The translations under genes were made by a program, and so were the position numbers. A stretch of 64,000 bases of DNA, from positions 1 through 64,000 of IMG/VR virus record IMGVR_UViG_2706794911_000004, one strand, 5' to 3'. This DNA comes from a virus (Duplodnaviria; Caudoviricetes). Below the pieces are notes generated by a model. The model was not told where the DNA came from, searched no databases, and saw only the letters and a program-made list of their open reading frames with translations. Positions 18,830 through 28,352 of the stretch are shown here, one piece after another; positions within the stretch are counted from its first letter, which is position 1; the number at the start of each line of letters is the position of its first letter.

Positions 18830-19378
18830 CTATGCTTTTTCGTATTTTTCTCGTATATTCTTCCATATTTGGCTTATTCTTGCCTTAGAGCACCCTGTTA
18901 ACTGTGCTATCTCCACAAATGAATACCCTGCGCACCTAAGTTCAAAAACCTCCTTCTCCTTGGTTGTTAGACCTAGGCTATCGACAAGCATTGTAAGTTC
19001 TACCTCAAAGTAACCAACTTCATCCGATGTTAAACTAAGTAACTGTTGTTCACTTACAGAACCTTGCTCAAAAGTAGGTACTATCGAAACAGCTTCTGTG
19101 ACCATAACATTTTTCTTTGTATTTGACCTGTCAATCATGCTATTTATAACGTTGCTTACCACCCTATCCACAAATGTACCAAACTTGGATCTAGCTGGGT
19201 CATACATATCCATAAATCTGTATACCTTTATCATGGCTTCTTGGGCTACATCGTCTGCCTCCATCCCGCCTGTAAATTTACCCCGCATCTTGAAATTGCA
19301 TAATTCCTTAGTCTTTAATAAAATTGCATCAATATCGTTTACAAGTACCATTTCATCTAAAGTTCTTTCCATTTTCAT
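18830..19378 (-). CDS. ECF/SigH-like sigma-70 factor
   Basis: DDVAQEAMIKVY region 2; LTTKEKEVFELRCAGYSFVEIAQLTGCSKARISQ region 4; overlaps the primase stop. Confidence 0.85.
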   Translation of the reverse strand: MKMERTLDEMVLVNDIDAILLKTKELCNFKMRGKFTGGMEADDVAQEAMIKVYRFMDMYDPARSKFGTFVDRVVSNVINSMIDRSNTKKNVMVTEAVSIVPTFEQGSVSEQQLLSLTSDEVGYFEVELTMLVDSLGLTTKEKEVFELRCAGYSFVEIAQLTGCSKARISQIWKNIREKYEKA

Positions 19379-20363
19379 GTTCCCCCTTTAAATTTTTCAT
19401 ACTTAGTAAGTATTTAACGTAAGATACTTTCTCTATATCTTTCATTCTGCCCGCCCTCAGTAGGTCATTTGCATCTTTAAAGTTTCCTTTGGGATACTTC
19501 ACCACGTTTACTTTTATAGGAGTATCCTTTAGTAGTTCATAGGACTTGTGTGTACAGTCCACCCCCCACTTATCATTATCATAGAACAGATTTACCTCAT
19601 TAAAGCCTAAGCGTATAAGCAATCTTACCTGCTCTTTAAACAAGAATTTACCTAATACTGCTACTGCTGGTAGACCTGATTGGTAGCATGAGATTGTGTC
19701 GATAGGGGCTTCATTAATGAAAACCTCCCTAAAACCTCTGTTCTTTAAGTAGTATAGTCCATAAAGTACATCTTTCTTCACAGCATTGTTAGGAATATGA
19801 AAATGTTTTGAATTAATTGAACGAGTCACTATGAATCTACACCCTCCAGTTAGGTCTCTAACAGGGAATGTAATTGCACTATTAACACTGTCGTACCCCA
19901 CCTCATATGTCAGTAATGACCTATTTGTAAATCCTCGTCCTTCTATATATGCGTGGCGTTTCTTCATAAGTTTTAGAACTTCTTCATCGCTTACATACTG
20001 AATACTTTCTTTTGATAAAATGCTTTTAACATCTACGAGTCTATCTTTGAGAGACTTTTCTATAGTTGTCCTCTTAAGAAACCCAAGCATGTCTAAGCCA
20101 CTGTCACCATATACATACCTTGCTAGGTCATCTACAGTACCTGACTCACCACAGGTAAAGCAATTATACGAATACGGTTCTTTAGTCGAGACCCCAAAAG
20201 ATGGCTTGCTCTCAGAGTGAAAAGGACAGCAACACATTATATCCTCACCCGAAGGCTTAGCTTTACCAAAGGCATTAGGGTTATTACTGTTAGAGTAGTC
20301 ACTTTGAAACATTTGAATGATTTGTTGTATATCAATACCTTCTATGTGAAGTATACCTCTCAT
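19353..20363 (-). CDS. DNA primase (CHC2 zinc finger + TOPRIM)
   Basis: CPFHSESKPSF...CFTCG, INEAPID, YDNDKWG, KDAND. Confidence 0.9.
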   Translation of the reverse strand: MRGILHIEGIDIQQIIQMFQSDYSNSNNPNAFGKAKPSGEDIMCCCPFHSESKPSFGVSTKEPYSYNCFTCGESGTVDDLARYVYGDSGLDMLGFLKRTTIEKSLKDRLVDVKSILSKESIQYVSDEEVLKLMKKRHAYIEGRGFTNRSLLTYEVGYDSVNSAITFPVRDLTGGCRFIVTRSINSKHFHIPNNAVKKDVLYGLYYLKNRGFREVFINEAPIDTISCYQSGLPAVAVLGKFLFKEQVRLLIRLGFNEVNLFYDNDKWGVDCTHKSYELLKDTPIKVNVVKYPKGNFKDANDLLRAGRMKDIEKVSYVKYLLSMKNLKGEHENGKNFR

Positions 20364-20378
20364 AATACCGTCTCCTTT

Positions 20379-20407
20379 ACTATAAAACACTCAAAAACGT
20401 TTGTCAA
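20379..20407 (-). promoter_or_regulatory. SigA promoter, proximal, primase-sigma operon
   Basis: TTGACA-17-TATAGT. Confidence 0.65.
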
Positions 20408-20430
20408 CCATTACAGAAAACTTTTTCTTA

Positions 20431-20459
20431 ATTATACAGAACGTATGTTCTATTGTCAA
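20431..20459 (-). promoter_or_regulatory. Consensus SigA promoter containing a LexA (SOS/Cheo) box
   Basis: TTGACA-17-TATAAT; AGAACGTATGTTCT (GAAC-N4-GTTC) at 20438-20451 within the spacer. Confidence 0.85.
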
Positions 20460-20478
20460 TAATTTTCTGTGTTACTTA

Positions 20479-20507
20479 TTTTTACCAGTTAAGTTGGCAA
20501 AAGTTAA
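20479..20507 (-). promoter_or_regulatory. Phage ECF-type promoter copy 6 (primase-sigma operon)
   Basis: TTAACTTTT-N10-CTGGTAAAAA. Confidence 0.7.
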
Positions 20508-20509
20508 GT

Positions 20510-20536
20510 AAAAAACCAGAAAAGTTTTTCTGGTTT
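20510..20536 (-). terminator. Intrinsic terminator insulating the primase-sigma operon
   Basis: AAACCAGAAAA/TTTTCTGGTTT inverted repeat with T-tail. Confidence 0.55.
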
Positions 20537-20789
20537 ATGCTTTCGCCAACTTATCCTTCTTAGGACAGACAACAACTTCGCCTAATTGCTGCTGTTTTCC
20601 GTTTAATATTTTCCAGTAAGCACATTTTCTACTTTTAAACAGCTTACATTTTTTGCATATAGGCATTACAGTGCATACACACTTCATTGATACTTGTGTT
20701 TGAGATTTAGCAGGTACAAGACCCTCGCTAGTCCTCACGCTCTTACGACAAGCTTCTTTATAATCACACTTAGCACAACCTTTATTCAT
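20535..20789 (-). CDS. Small Cys/Lys-rich protein
   Basis: CAKC...C, CKKC...C; likely start MNKGC. Confidence 0.55.
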   Translation of the reverse strand: MNKGCAKCDYKEACRKSVRTSEGLVPAKSQTQVSMKCVCTVMPICKKCKLFKSRKCAYWKILNGKQQQLGEVVVCPKKDKLAKA

Positions 20790-21075
20790 CTTCCCCCACC
20801 TCTTTCGCAGATAAGCTAAAGGACACAACTTTATCCAAGTACAGAGACTGTAAGGTGCTATTACTATCTAAAAGAACCAGTGGCTCTCCATCTGTTTTTA
20901 GCCTATCAATACGCTTTGCAAAAGCTGCTGTTAACTCGTTAGCAGTTAACTCAATCTCTCTCACAACATTTCCGTCCTTGTCCTTCTGCTCCAGTCTAGG
21001 ATTCTTCTCAGTCCATCTGATAACAGCCCTGTAGCTGTTCTCAAGTGTATAATCAAGTGTCATCTTAAATTCCAT
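20782..21075 (-). CDS. Hypothetical protein
   Basis: ORF with RBS in operon. Confidence 0.65.
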   Translation of the reverse strand: MEFKMTLDYTLENSYRAVIRWTEKNPRLEQKDKDGNVVREIELTANELTAAFAKRIDRLKTDGEPLVLLDSNSTLQSLYLDKVVSFSLSAKEVGEDE

Positions 21076-21092
21076 TTACACCATTCCTCTCA

Positions 21093-22325
21093 TCACATAT
21101 TTAGTGAAGCTTCATCTGTTTCCATATATATACCTTGATCTACGTTAGTAGACAAGTAAAAGTCCAAATTCTTCTCTCCCTCACGATTTTTCTTTAAAGA
21201 CAGTTTAAACAAATCACCAGACAAGTTTACAGTCACTACCCTTGTTGCTTTTTGTGCAGGGTTATCAGATTCTTGTATCTGGTGTATCTCAGGAGTACTA
21301 TCCCCCGCCGCCCCTCTTCCTGCTTGAGCTAGCAGCATGGCAGGCGTTAGTGTATTCAAGTTAATCTCACGTATGGCATTAGAAGTATTCACAATTCGCT
21401 TCCTTGTATCACGCTCACTGGTGCCATCAGAGATATCATATAGCTGATCAATGACAATGAAACCGGGTCTCTCTAATTCTATGATAGACCTAATGTCATT
21501 TGGGGTGAACTGCCTACCTTTGTTATCTTCTTGCGTAAGAATAAGCAGACTATTATTTTTCTTTTCCAGCTCCTCAAGGTACTCCTTATACAACTCAATA
21601 TCAGCTAACTTCCCCCTGTTTAATGCCTTGTTTGAAAAGTGCTGTCTCATTGTGTCTAGCCTATATGCTATAGACAGCTTAGGCATCTCTGTAGAAATAT
21701 AGATAACTGGAGAATTGATGGATGCTCTTACAAAAGACAGCCATACGTGGTACAGGAAGTAACACCCTATCAAGCTCTTACCATTTCCTAGTCTTCCTGA
21801 TATCAACACTAAGTCATCATTCTGCCACCCACCTGTCGCCTCATCTAGTCCTGGTATCCCTGTAGTTAGTCCTGTCAGCCCCTCTTTACCATGCTTCTCC
21901 ATATAAGCATCGAACCTCGAACGAGCATCCTTAACCCAGTCATACCTAGTTGGTTTACTGATATGCTCCTTGAGTAAACCGTCAAGGTCTGCCCGCATAC
22001 GCCACATAACGTCTATTGCATTCTGTTCTTGTAGCATTTCAGCGTTCTTAATTAAGACAGGCTTGTAGTCTACAAAAGCCTTGTTATTCTTCACTACACT
22101 TGCGAGATACTCTGGACTCTCTAGCTCCTCGTAAACATCGAACTCCTCAAATTCCGATGCAACAGTACCACGATTTGGAAATACATTATTCTCCTTCCTA
22201 AACTGCTCCACCCACTCAAAGATGTGTCCTGTTGTAATGAAGTGGTCAGGGGTAATTTCAAGGCTATGCAAAAACTTAACATCTTTCCTCATTATATAGT
22301 GATTCAATAACTGAATTTCTTCCAA
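21093..22325 (-). CDS. DnaB-like replicative helicase
   Basis: GLTTGIPGLD, GRLGNGKS Walker A, ISTEM, IVIDQL, LKKNREG. Confidence 0.92.
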   Translation of the reverse strand: MEEIQLLNHYIMRKDVKFLHSLEITPDHFITTGHIFEWVEQFRKENNVFPNRGTVASEFEEFDVYEELESPEYLASVVKNNKAFVDYKPVLIKNAEMLQEQNAIDVMWRMRADLDGLLKEHISKPTRYDWVKDARSRFDAYMEKHGKEGLTGLTTGIPGLDEATGGWQNDDLVLISGRLGNGKSLIGCYFLYHVWLSFVRASINSPVIYISTEMPKLSIAYRLDTMRQHFSNKALNRGKLADIELYKEYLEELEKKNNSLLILTQEDNKGRQFTPNDIRSIIELERPGFIVIDQLYDISDGTSERDTRKRIVNTSNAIREINLNTLTPAMLLAQAGRGAAGDSTPEIHQIQESDNPAQKATRVVTVNLSGDLFKLSLKKNREGEKNLDFYLSTNVDQGIYMETDEASLNM

Positions 22326-22721
22326 CTAATCACCCCCAAAAATATCACCAAACTCATTTTTCTTCTTCTCTGGCAAGTCACCGGTCTGATGGTAGCCGTC
22401 CAAGATCGCTTGAGAATAGGATGAACAAAATACTCTCAAATGCTTAACTTCAAAAAAGTCCAGTTCAATAAAGTACTCCATATACTGTTTAACAATGTCT
22501 TTGTCTTTTACTTTCAATAGGTTAGAAAGTTGTTTTAGATCCCCGCCCACAGGCATATACAGAGATTTAAGCTTAAACTGGTACAGATACTCAAAGTACC
22601 TTCTAAAATGGTGGAAGCCCCATTCATCTACTGGGTCAGTAAAGCTTACTTTTTTCTTAGGTTTCTTACCTTCACTTTCAACATCTACTTCTAAAGAAGC
22701 TTTAATTACTTTTGGTAGCAT
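22326..22721 (-). CDS. Hypothetical replication-associated protein
   Basis: Directly upstream of the helicase. Confidence 0.6.
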   Translation of the reverse strand: MLPKVIKASLEVDVESEGKKPKKKVSFTDPVDEWGFHHFRRYFEYLYQFKLKSLYMPVGGDLKQLSNLLKVKDKDIVKQYMEYFIELDFFEVKHLRVFCSSYSQAILDGYHQTGDLPEKKKNEFGDIFGGD

Positions 22722-22735
22722 CGCCCCACCCTTTC

Positions 22736-23056
22736 TTATTTAGTTGTTATTTTCTGATGCTGTAGAATACTCTCAATAGCCCAATCATACCCACAAAAGC
22801 CCTTTGTCTTTTTCCTTAGCTTAGTTGCTTCCTTACTGTCTATCTGCCTCACACTTATTGACATCCCCCACCCATCACCGAAGCTATAGCAGTAGCTTCC
22901 ATTGGAAAGTATTTTGTCAAATAGTTCACGTGCGTTTTTACTTGTGCCATACCTTTGCTTGAAATTAAATACTTTAGCATAATAGTTATCCTCCCCCGTC
23001 CACTTCCCATTCCAGCTTCCCACGTGTGGCATACTCAGTTCAAATACCATTAACAT
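22736..23056 (-). CDS. Conserved hypothetical phage protein
   Basis: FELSMPHVGSWNGKWTG...GFCGYDW; RBS. Confidence 0.7.
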   Translation of the reverse strand: MLMVFELSMPHVGSWNGKWTGEDNYYAKVFNFKQRYGTSKNARELFDKILSNGSYCYSFGDGWGMSISVRQIDSKEATKLRKKTKGFCGYDWAIESILQHQKITTK

Positions 23057-23089
23057 TTAACCACTCCCTTTCTTTAAGTGTTCTACTTA

Positions 23090-23118
23090 TACTTACCGGA
23101 TGAAAATAAAAAAGTTAA
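23090..23118 (-). promoter_or_regulatory. Phage ECF-type promoter copy 7
   Basis: TTAACTTTT-N10-CCGGTAAGTA. Confidence 0.8.
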
Positions 23119-23134
23119 ATAATTTAAATAAAAC

Positions 23135-23163
23135 TTTACAGCAAAAATATTATGTGATATTAT
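23135..23163 (+). promoter_or_regulatory. SigA promoter of the tyrosine recombinase
   Basis: TTTACA-17-TATTAT with TGn. Confidence 0.55.
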
Positions 23164-23190
23164 ATTATGAGAGATAAGGAGGTCGATAAT

Positions 23191-24039
23191 GTGGAATTAA
23201 TAGAAAAGTTCAAAACATTCTTGGAGTTTGAAAAGAATAACTCTGACAACACTATTGATGGATACGGAAGGGATTTAAACCAGTTCTTTGAGTTTATAAA
23301 GATAGACCCTACTGAGGTTAGTGAACATCATGTAGTGAGTTTTCTTACAGATAGAAGAAAGGAAGGACTGTCCCCCACCACAACTAATCGAAAGCTATCC
23401 GCAATAAAAGCTTTCTACAGATTCTTGGTTAGAAACAGAATTGTTACATTCAACCCAGCAGAAAATATCGAAGTGGCTAAAACTACTAAAAAGTTACCAG
23501 AAACACTTAAGGTAGAAGACATTAAAAATATGCTAGATAAAATAGACAATCTAAGAGATAGGGTAATGATAGAGTTACTCTTTGCAACAGGAATACGGAG
23601 AGAAGAACTAGCAGAGCTAAAAGTTAACAGTGTGGACTTTGTTGATAGTTCTATCAGAGTCATCGGAAAAGGAGATAAAGAGAGAGTAATACCTGTCCAC
23701 CCACACGTTATGGAAAACTTAAAGATTCTATTACAGCAAAAAAGAAGTGAATGGGTGTTCCCTTCGAGACATAAGAGAAAAGGGCATATATCTACGAGGC
23801 AGGTAAATGATATAATTAGTAAATGGGGCAAAGAAGCTAATATTAGTGGAGCCACCCCCCACAAGTTCAGACACACCTTTGGGGCAACCCTGTTTGAGAA
23901 TGGGGCAGACATAAAATCTATACAGGATATGCTAGGTCATGTATCTATAGATACTACTAATATATACACTAAAATAAACCATAAGAGAAATAAAGAAGAA
24001 TATATGAAACACCACCCAATGTCAAAAGAAGAGGAATAA
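23191..24039 (+). CDS. XerC/XerD-like tyrosine recombinase
   Basis: SAM-like N-domain; TGIRREE, GKGDKER, HKFRH, LGHVS...Y catalytic residues; GTG start after AAGGAGG. Confidence 0.92.
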   Translation: MELIEKFKTFLEFEKNNSDNTIDGYGRDLNQFFEFIKIDPTEVSEHHVVSFLTDRRKEGLSPTTTNRKLSAIKAFYRFLVRNRIVTFNPAENIEVAKTTKKLPETLKVEDIKNMLDKIDNLRDRVMIELLFATGIRREELAELKVNSVDFVDSSIRVIGKGDKERVIPVHPHVMENLKILLQQKRSEWVFPSRHKRKGHISTRQVNDIISKWGKEANISGATPHKFRHTFGATLFENGADIKSIQDMLGHVSIDTTNIYTKINHKRNKEEYMKHHPMSKEEE

Positions 24040-24053
24040 CATCCTCTTCTTTC
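24025..24053. terminator. Bidirectional terminator between convergent genes
   Basis: AAAGAAGAGGA/TCCTCTTCTTT inverted repeat. Confidence 0.6.
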
Positions 24054-24063
24054 TACATATCTC

Positions 24064-25692
24064 CTAAATTATGAATGCATAATCTCCTCCTAAGTCTATT
24101 GAAGCCTCAAGATATACCTCAGCACCTAACTCCTCCGCCCAAAACTGCCTTAGAATAATTTCTACATCTAGGTCATCAAAAGAATCAGTTGCAATAAGCT
24201 CAGCCTCAGCTTCTATTTTAGAAGAACCTTCTTTTGACTCGAAACCTACCTCGGTATCTAGGTCACTATCCCCGTAAGCTTTGATTGATACCTCAGCATC
24301 TATTTCAGATGAACTTTCCTTTGCTTCAAAGGTTACTTCAGCATCTAGGTCAGCAAAGTTGTAGACTCTTAGATACAACTCTGTGTCTAGCTCAGCCTCC
24401 CCGGGAGTAGCAATTAACTCAACTTCAACGTCTAGGTCACTGTCACTGTAAACACACAGAGTAACCTCTGCATCCAGCTCTGCCGCAAGTTCCTTTAACT
24501 CAAAAACTACCTCAGAGTCTAGATCACTTAACGCTACTGCACCTATCGTTACCTCAGCATCTAAGTCTGACACAAGCTCTTTTGCTGCAAGATTGACTTC
24601 AACGTCTAGGTCACTGTCACTGTAAACACGAAGAACAACCTCAGCATCCATCTCTGATATACCGCTTAACTGGCTTATTGTGACCTCTGCGTCTATATCA
24701 TTATAGTCAGGAAGTAGTATATCTACCTCTACGTCTAGTTCTGCTCCCCCCGCCGTTGCTATAAACTCTACCTCTGTATCTAGTTCTGCAACATCGGTTA
24801 CAGCTACAAGCACATCTGCATCAACGTCACTTGAATCTTCTTTTGCACTAAATTCTACTTCGGCATCCATGTCAGATACATTAAAGTCACTTAGTATATC
24901 TACCTCAGCGTCTAGGTTACTACTGTCCGTAGCTCTAAGAGTAACCTCTGTGTCTAAGTGGTATATACCTACGTTGTCAGAAAACTTAAAGTACGAAACT
25001 TCTAAAACAGGTGGTGTGCTTGATTCCCTTGACCCAAAATATGCAGGAGTGGATTCTTCGTAGTTAATAGGTCTTATAACAAAAGACCTATTCTCCTTTG
25101 TGTTATACCATTCCTTAACATACTCTGTTAAGTCTATCTCTATCTTTCCCCCACCCAAATGGGTCATGCGACTAGTTATATTACTGCCTTCATTAGGCAT
25201 ATAGTTCCACTTAACAGTAAGTTCTTCCCAGTTATCAGAAGTCTCATATAAGCCTAGGTCAAAAACAGATTCTATGTCACTCACTATCGTAAGGATTAGC
25301 TTGGCATTCTCTACCTCTATATCTTCTGGTAAATTTTCAAGAGAAAAGCCTAAATAAGACTTAAACTTTCCCTCACCTGCTTGCCCCGCCACCAAACTAG
25401 ATGCTGAACCATAGTTAATATGTGGAGCAAATTCTCTAACAAGAGAATCTTTTATAGGTGATAGCTGATCAGTAATGTATGGAGGTGGGACTACACCCAC
25501 TTTACCGTACATAGCGTTATCAGGTCTTATAAAAACTGCTGAGTCTAGCTCGCTAACTTCGTTTACTACAATGGTTACCTGTGAGTCTAGCTCATATTGA
25601 GCTGTCTTTTGCTGTATATCAACCTCTACAGGTAACCTATCTAGCTCTTCATTATAGTTTACTACTATCTTACCGTATAACTTACCTTCCAT
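24064..25692 (-). CDS. DNRLRE-like domain protein with long acidic tandem repeats
   Basis: KDSLVRE..P..NYG, YLGFSL, WEELTVKWN, FGSRES..PPVLEV; followed by S(D/E)LD(A/T/V)EV repeats. Confidence 0.75.
   Translation of the reverse strand: MEGKLYGKIVVNYNEELDRLPVEVDIQQKTAQYELDSQVTIVVNEVSELDSAVFIRPDNAMYGKVGVVPPPYITDQLSPIKDSLVREFAPHINYGSASSLVAGQAGEGKFKSYLGFSLENLPEDIEVENAKLILTIVSDIESVFDLGLYETSDNWEELTVKWNYMPNEGSNITSRMTHLGGGKIEIDLTEYVKEWYNTKENRSFVIRPINYEESTPAYFGSRESSTPPVLEVSYFKFSDNVGIYHLDTEVTLRATDSSNLDAEVDILSDFNVSDMDAEVEFSAKEDSSDVDADVLVAVTDVAELDTEVEFIATAGGAELDVEVDILLPDYNDIDAEVTISQLSGISEMDAEVVLRVYSDSDLDVEVNLAAKELVSDLDAEVTIGAVALSDLDSEVVFELKELAAELDAEVTLCVYSDSDLDVEVELIATPGEAELDTELYLRVYNFADLDAEVTFEAKESSSEIDAEVSIKAYGDSDLDTEVGFESKEGSSKIEAEAELIATDSFDDLDVEIILRQFWAEELGAEVYLEASIDLGGDYAFII
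24100..24960 (-). repeat. Intragenic degenerate repeats (about 14-15 aa half unit, 29 aa unit)
   Basis: About 20 xLDxEV units; identical 34-bp copies at 24422-24455 and 24596-24629 (174 nt apart). Confidence 0.8.
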
Positions 25693-25720
25693 TTAATCAC
25701 ATCCACTCATTGTATTGAGC

Positions 25721-27976
25721 TTATACAGGTTCTGCTTTTGATGTTATCTTGAACTCCCCGCCCCTCCGGGCATGTTTACTTGTCGCTATTCGTACGTATA
25801 AGTCTTTAGTATCGTTATGAGCCATTACGTCTGTAAGCTGTAACAGGTGCAATGGGGTAAAAGGCATTTCATTTTCACTAAACTCTACTGCAACGTCTGG
25901 TATTAGCTCGGGCGTAACCCCAGTAGATGGGAACGCTGTGTCGAAAACATCCTTGGCGGAAATCTCCACACTATCTACAGCAAAACCATTTTTATTTTCT
26001 AGTGTCACCTTCTTAGCTGGTGTAGTCTGCCCACCTACTATAGTACCGAAGTCTAACCACTCAAGTAAGTCTCCTTTGCCATCTGTGAAATAACTGCCAT
26101 TCTCATCTTTAAACATTAACCCTTTATAGGTACCCAACACTTGGAATGTCTCTGTGTAGTACCCTCCATGAGTATCCTTTATTTCCAGTTTGATGTCGTT
26201 CATTACTCCTTTATTTAAGTCGTCGCTATCCCATAGATAGCTAAAGCTTCTTGGGGAGGGGGCAAAAGGAATATAGTCAAATTTTAGTACTCCATTAATA
26301 GACACCCTATAGGTTACATCATCTCCGTCCGCATCTCCTATTGTACCGTTTACACTAAATTCTGTGTAGGTGTACACTAGTGTAGGGTCTTCATTTGATA
26401 AAACTAGGTTGCCCACCCACTCAGATATCTCGCCACGCTGATCCCTAGCCTCTACCTTTATACTGTTCTGACCGGGATTAAAATAAGGGTAGTTATATGC
26501 TCTGGTAAAACTATTTCCACTAGCTATACTGGTCCAAGTATCTACTTCTTCATAACTTTCCCCCGCCTTTTGTATCAAAACCCTGTACTGTACTGTGTCA
26601 CCTTCCAAGTCCTCGATCGTACTTGTAACCGTAGCGTACTCGTTGTGGACGGTATCAGGATTTATAGTAGGGTCAACGATAAGTGGGGCGACGTTAGGTT
26701 TAAAAGTAATCGTCATATTTCTTACTACAGGAGGCTCGTTAGGATTTTGACTGGAGAGTATAGCTCTGACATACATACTCTCCCCGTATATCTTATTGCC
26801 GAACAGCTCTTTAAACTCTATAGATGTTAAAGCTTCTAGTTCAGCTTTAGTCATTTCTCTATCCGCTACCCACTCGGCACCGTCATAGCCATACCATGTA
26901 GTATTATCTTTTGACAGCAAGTACCTTGTATAAGTCTCTGCTAATACCCTTTGCTCTAGCTGTAAATCTTCTTCACTATTCGTCCACGTCAGTATTGTAG
27001 GCGAGGCTAACGAGTAAATTGGCTTATATTCAGGTACAGTTAATTCTAATTTGGAGTTTTCAAAATGAATATAAGTATAACTAATTTTACTTTCTATAAC
27101 ATCTTCATTATCCGTCCAAGTGTAAATTTCCACTGGCTTTTGTAATTCTGCCCACTTTTCTTGAGGAATTATGGATAAATCATCCATCCCATTCTCTTCA
27201 AAATCTTCTTTAGTTAAAGGTTCTTGAATTGTTTTTTCTACCCAATTACTATCAGAGAAAGTGTAGATTTTATCCAATGATTTAATCAGAATAAGTAAAA
27301 CCAGAAAAGGTAAATTTACACCATATAAAATATCGTCAATGATATCAAATTCATTATCACTTGTAATGGTATTGCCTTTATCAACACCATGGAACCTTGT
27401 TCCACTACTCACAATACAATTATATAACATAGAACTCCCATTTCCACTGCGTATCCCTACACAGTTGATAAAAGCATTATTATAAAATGGTATTTCAGTT
27501 CCTCCTGCGTGTTGTAAGTTTACGCTACAGCCAGTAGCCGTGATGTTTCTGAAATTCATTAATACGCTATTATTTATTCTTTGTAAAGCACTATTAGTCC
27601 ACCACGAACTTGTATCAAAAGTTCCAATAAGTCTACAGTAATCCACACTAATAGCAATATTCCCAGAATAACTATTCCAAACACCAATATTTCTAATTTC
27701 TAGTTTATATAATATCTTTCCATTTCCCGCTACATTGCAACTTTTTCCCTCAAAGTCTACTATTGCCAAACTGATTTCAGATTCACTTTTTAGAGTTAAT
27801 ATCTTAGACTCAAACTTACTCATTGTAGGAATTGTATAAATAGAGTTGGGCTTTAAATTAATCACGTCATTGTCTATAGCAATGTCTAAAGCTTTGTCTA
27901 ATGTTTTTAAAGGATTAAGTGAAGACCCATCAGATAAATCGTCACCATTTAATCCATCAACATGTATTTCTGCCAC
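25721..27976 (-). CDS. Mosaic virion/adhesin protein: N-terminal beta-helix-like domain, shared linker, Ig/cadherin-like repeats
   Basis: HVDGLNGDDLSDGSSLNPLKTL start typical of beta-helix proteins; DLEGDTVQY and DADGDDVTY Ig-like motifs. Confidence 0.7.
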   Translation of the reverse strand: MAEIHVDGLNGDDLSDGSSLNPLKTLDKALDIAIDNDVINLKPNSIYTIPTMSKFESKILTLKSESEISLAIVDFEGKSCNVAGNGKILYKLEIRNIGVWNSYSGNIAISVDYCRLIGTFDTSSWWTNSALQRINNSVLMNFRNITATGCSVNLQHAGGTEIPFYNNAFINCVGIRSGNGSSMLYNCIVSSGTRFHGVDKGNTITSDNEFDIIDDILYGVNLPFLVLLILIKSLDKIYTFSDSNWVEKTIQEPLTKEDFEENGMDDLSIIPQEKWAELQKPVEIYTWTDNEDVIESKISYTYIHFENSKLELTVPEYKPIYSLASPTILTWTNSEEDLQLEQRVLAETYTRYLLSKDNTTWYGYDGAEWVADREMTKAELEALTSIEFKELFGNKIYGESMYVRAILSSQNPNEPPVVRNMTITFKPNVAPLIVDPTINPDTVHNEYATVTSTIEDLEGDTVQYRVLIQKAGESYEEVDTWTSIASGNSFTRAYNYPYFNPGQNSIKVEARDQRGEISEWVGNLVLSNEDPTLVYTYTEFSVNGTIGDADGDDVTYRVSINGVLKFDYIPFAPSPRSFSYLWDSDDLNKGVMNDIKLEIKDTHGGYYTETFQVLGTYKGLMFKDENGSYFTDGKGDLLEWLDFGTIVGGQTTPAKKVTLENKNGFAVDSVEISAKDVFDTAFPSTGVTPELIPDVAVEFSENEMPFTPLHLLQLTDVMAHNDTKDLYVRIATSKHARRGGEFKITSKAEPV

Positions 27977-28025
27977 TTATTTCACCGTCCTTTTTTAGCA
28001 TATTACTTCAATTAAAACATTTCTA

Positions 28026-28352
28026 TTATTTCGCTTCTTTCACACTCTTAACATTTAATACAATAGGTACTCTATACGTTCCGTCTAACGAACTTTCCTC
28101 AATATCATACCTATGAATTATACATCCTGTGTAATTATAAATAACTTTCTCATCTGAAAAGTTTCAGAGTCTCTCATTATATACTCACCTTGTACATCAG
28201 CAATTCCCTTAAATCCTCTTACAGCTAAATTATTAACCCCTTTACTCTTAAATTTGATTTTTAACTGTATTTAAAACAACCTTATCATCGTCATTAAAAA
28301 AGAAGATGAATTTTCCTGCTTCTTTCAAGCCATATTTTTGATTTTTACTCAT
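28026..28352 (-). pseudogene. Degenerate ORF remnant
   Basis: RBS AAGGAG plus ATG (MSKNQKYGLKEAGKFIFF), then frameshifts and stops. Confidence 0.45.

Noticed and set aside
24100-24960. Repeats as a CRISPR array or replication iterons
   Set aside because: Repeats are degenerate, in frame and conserved at the protein level
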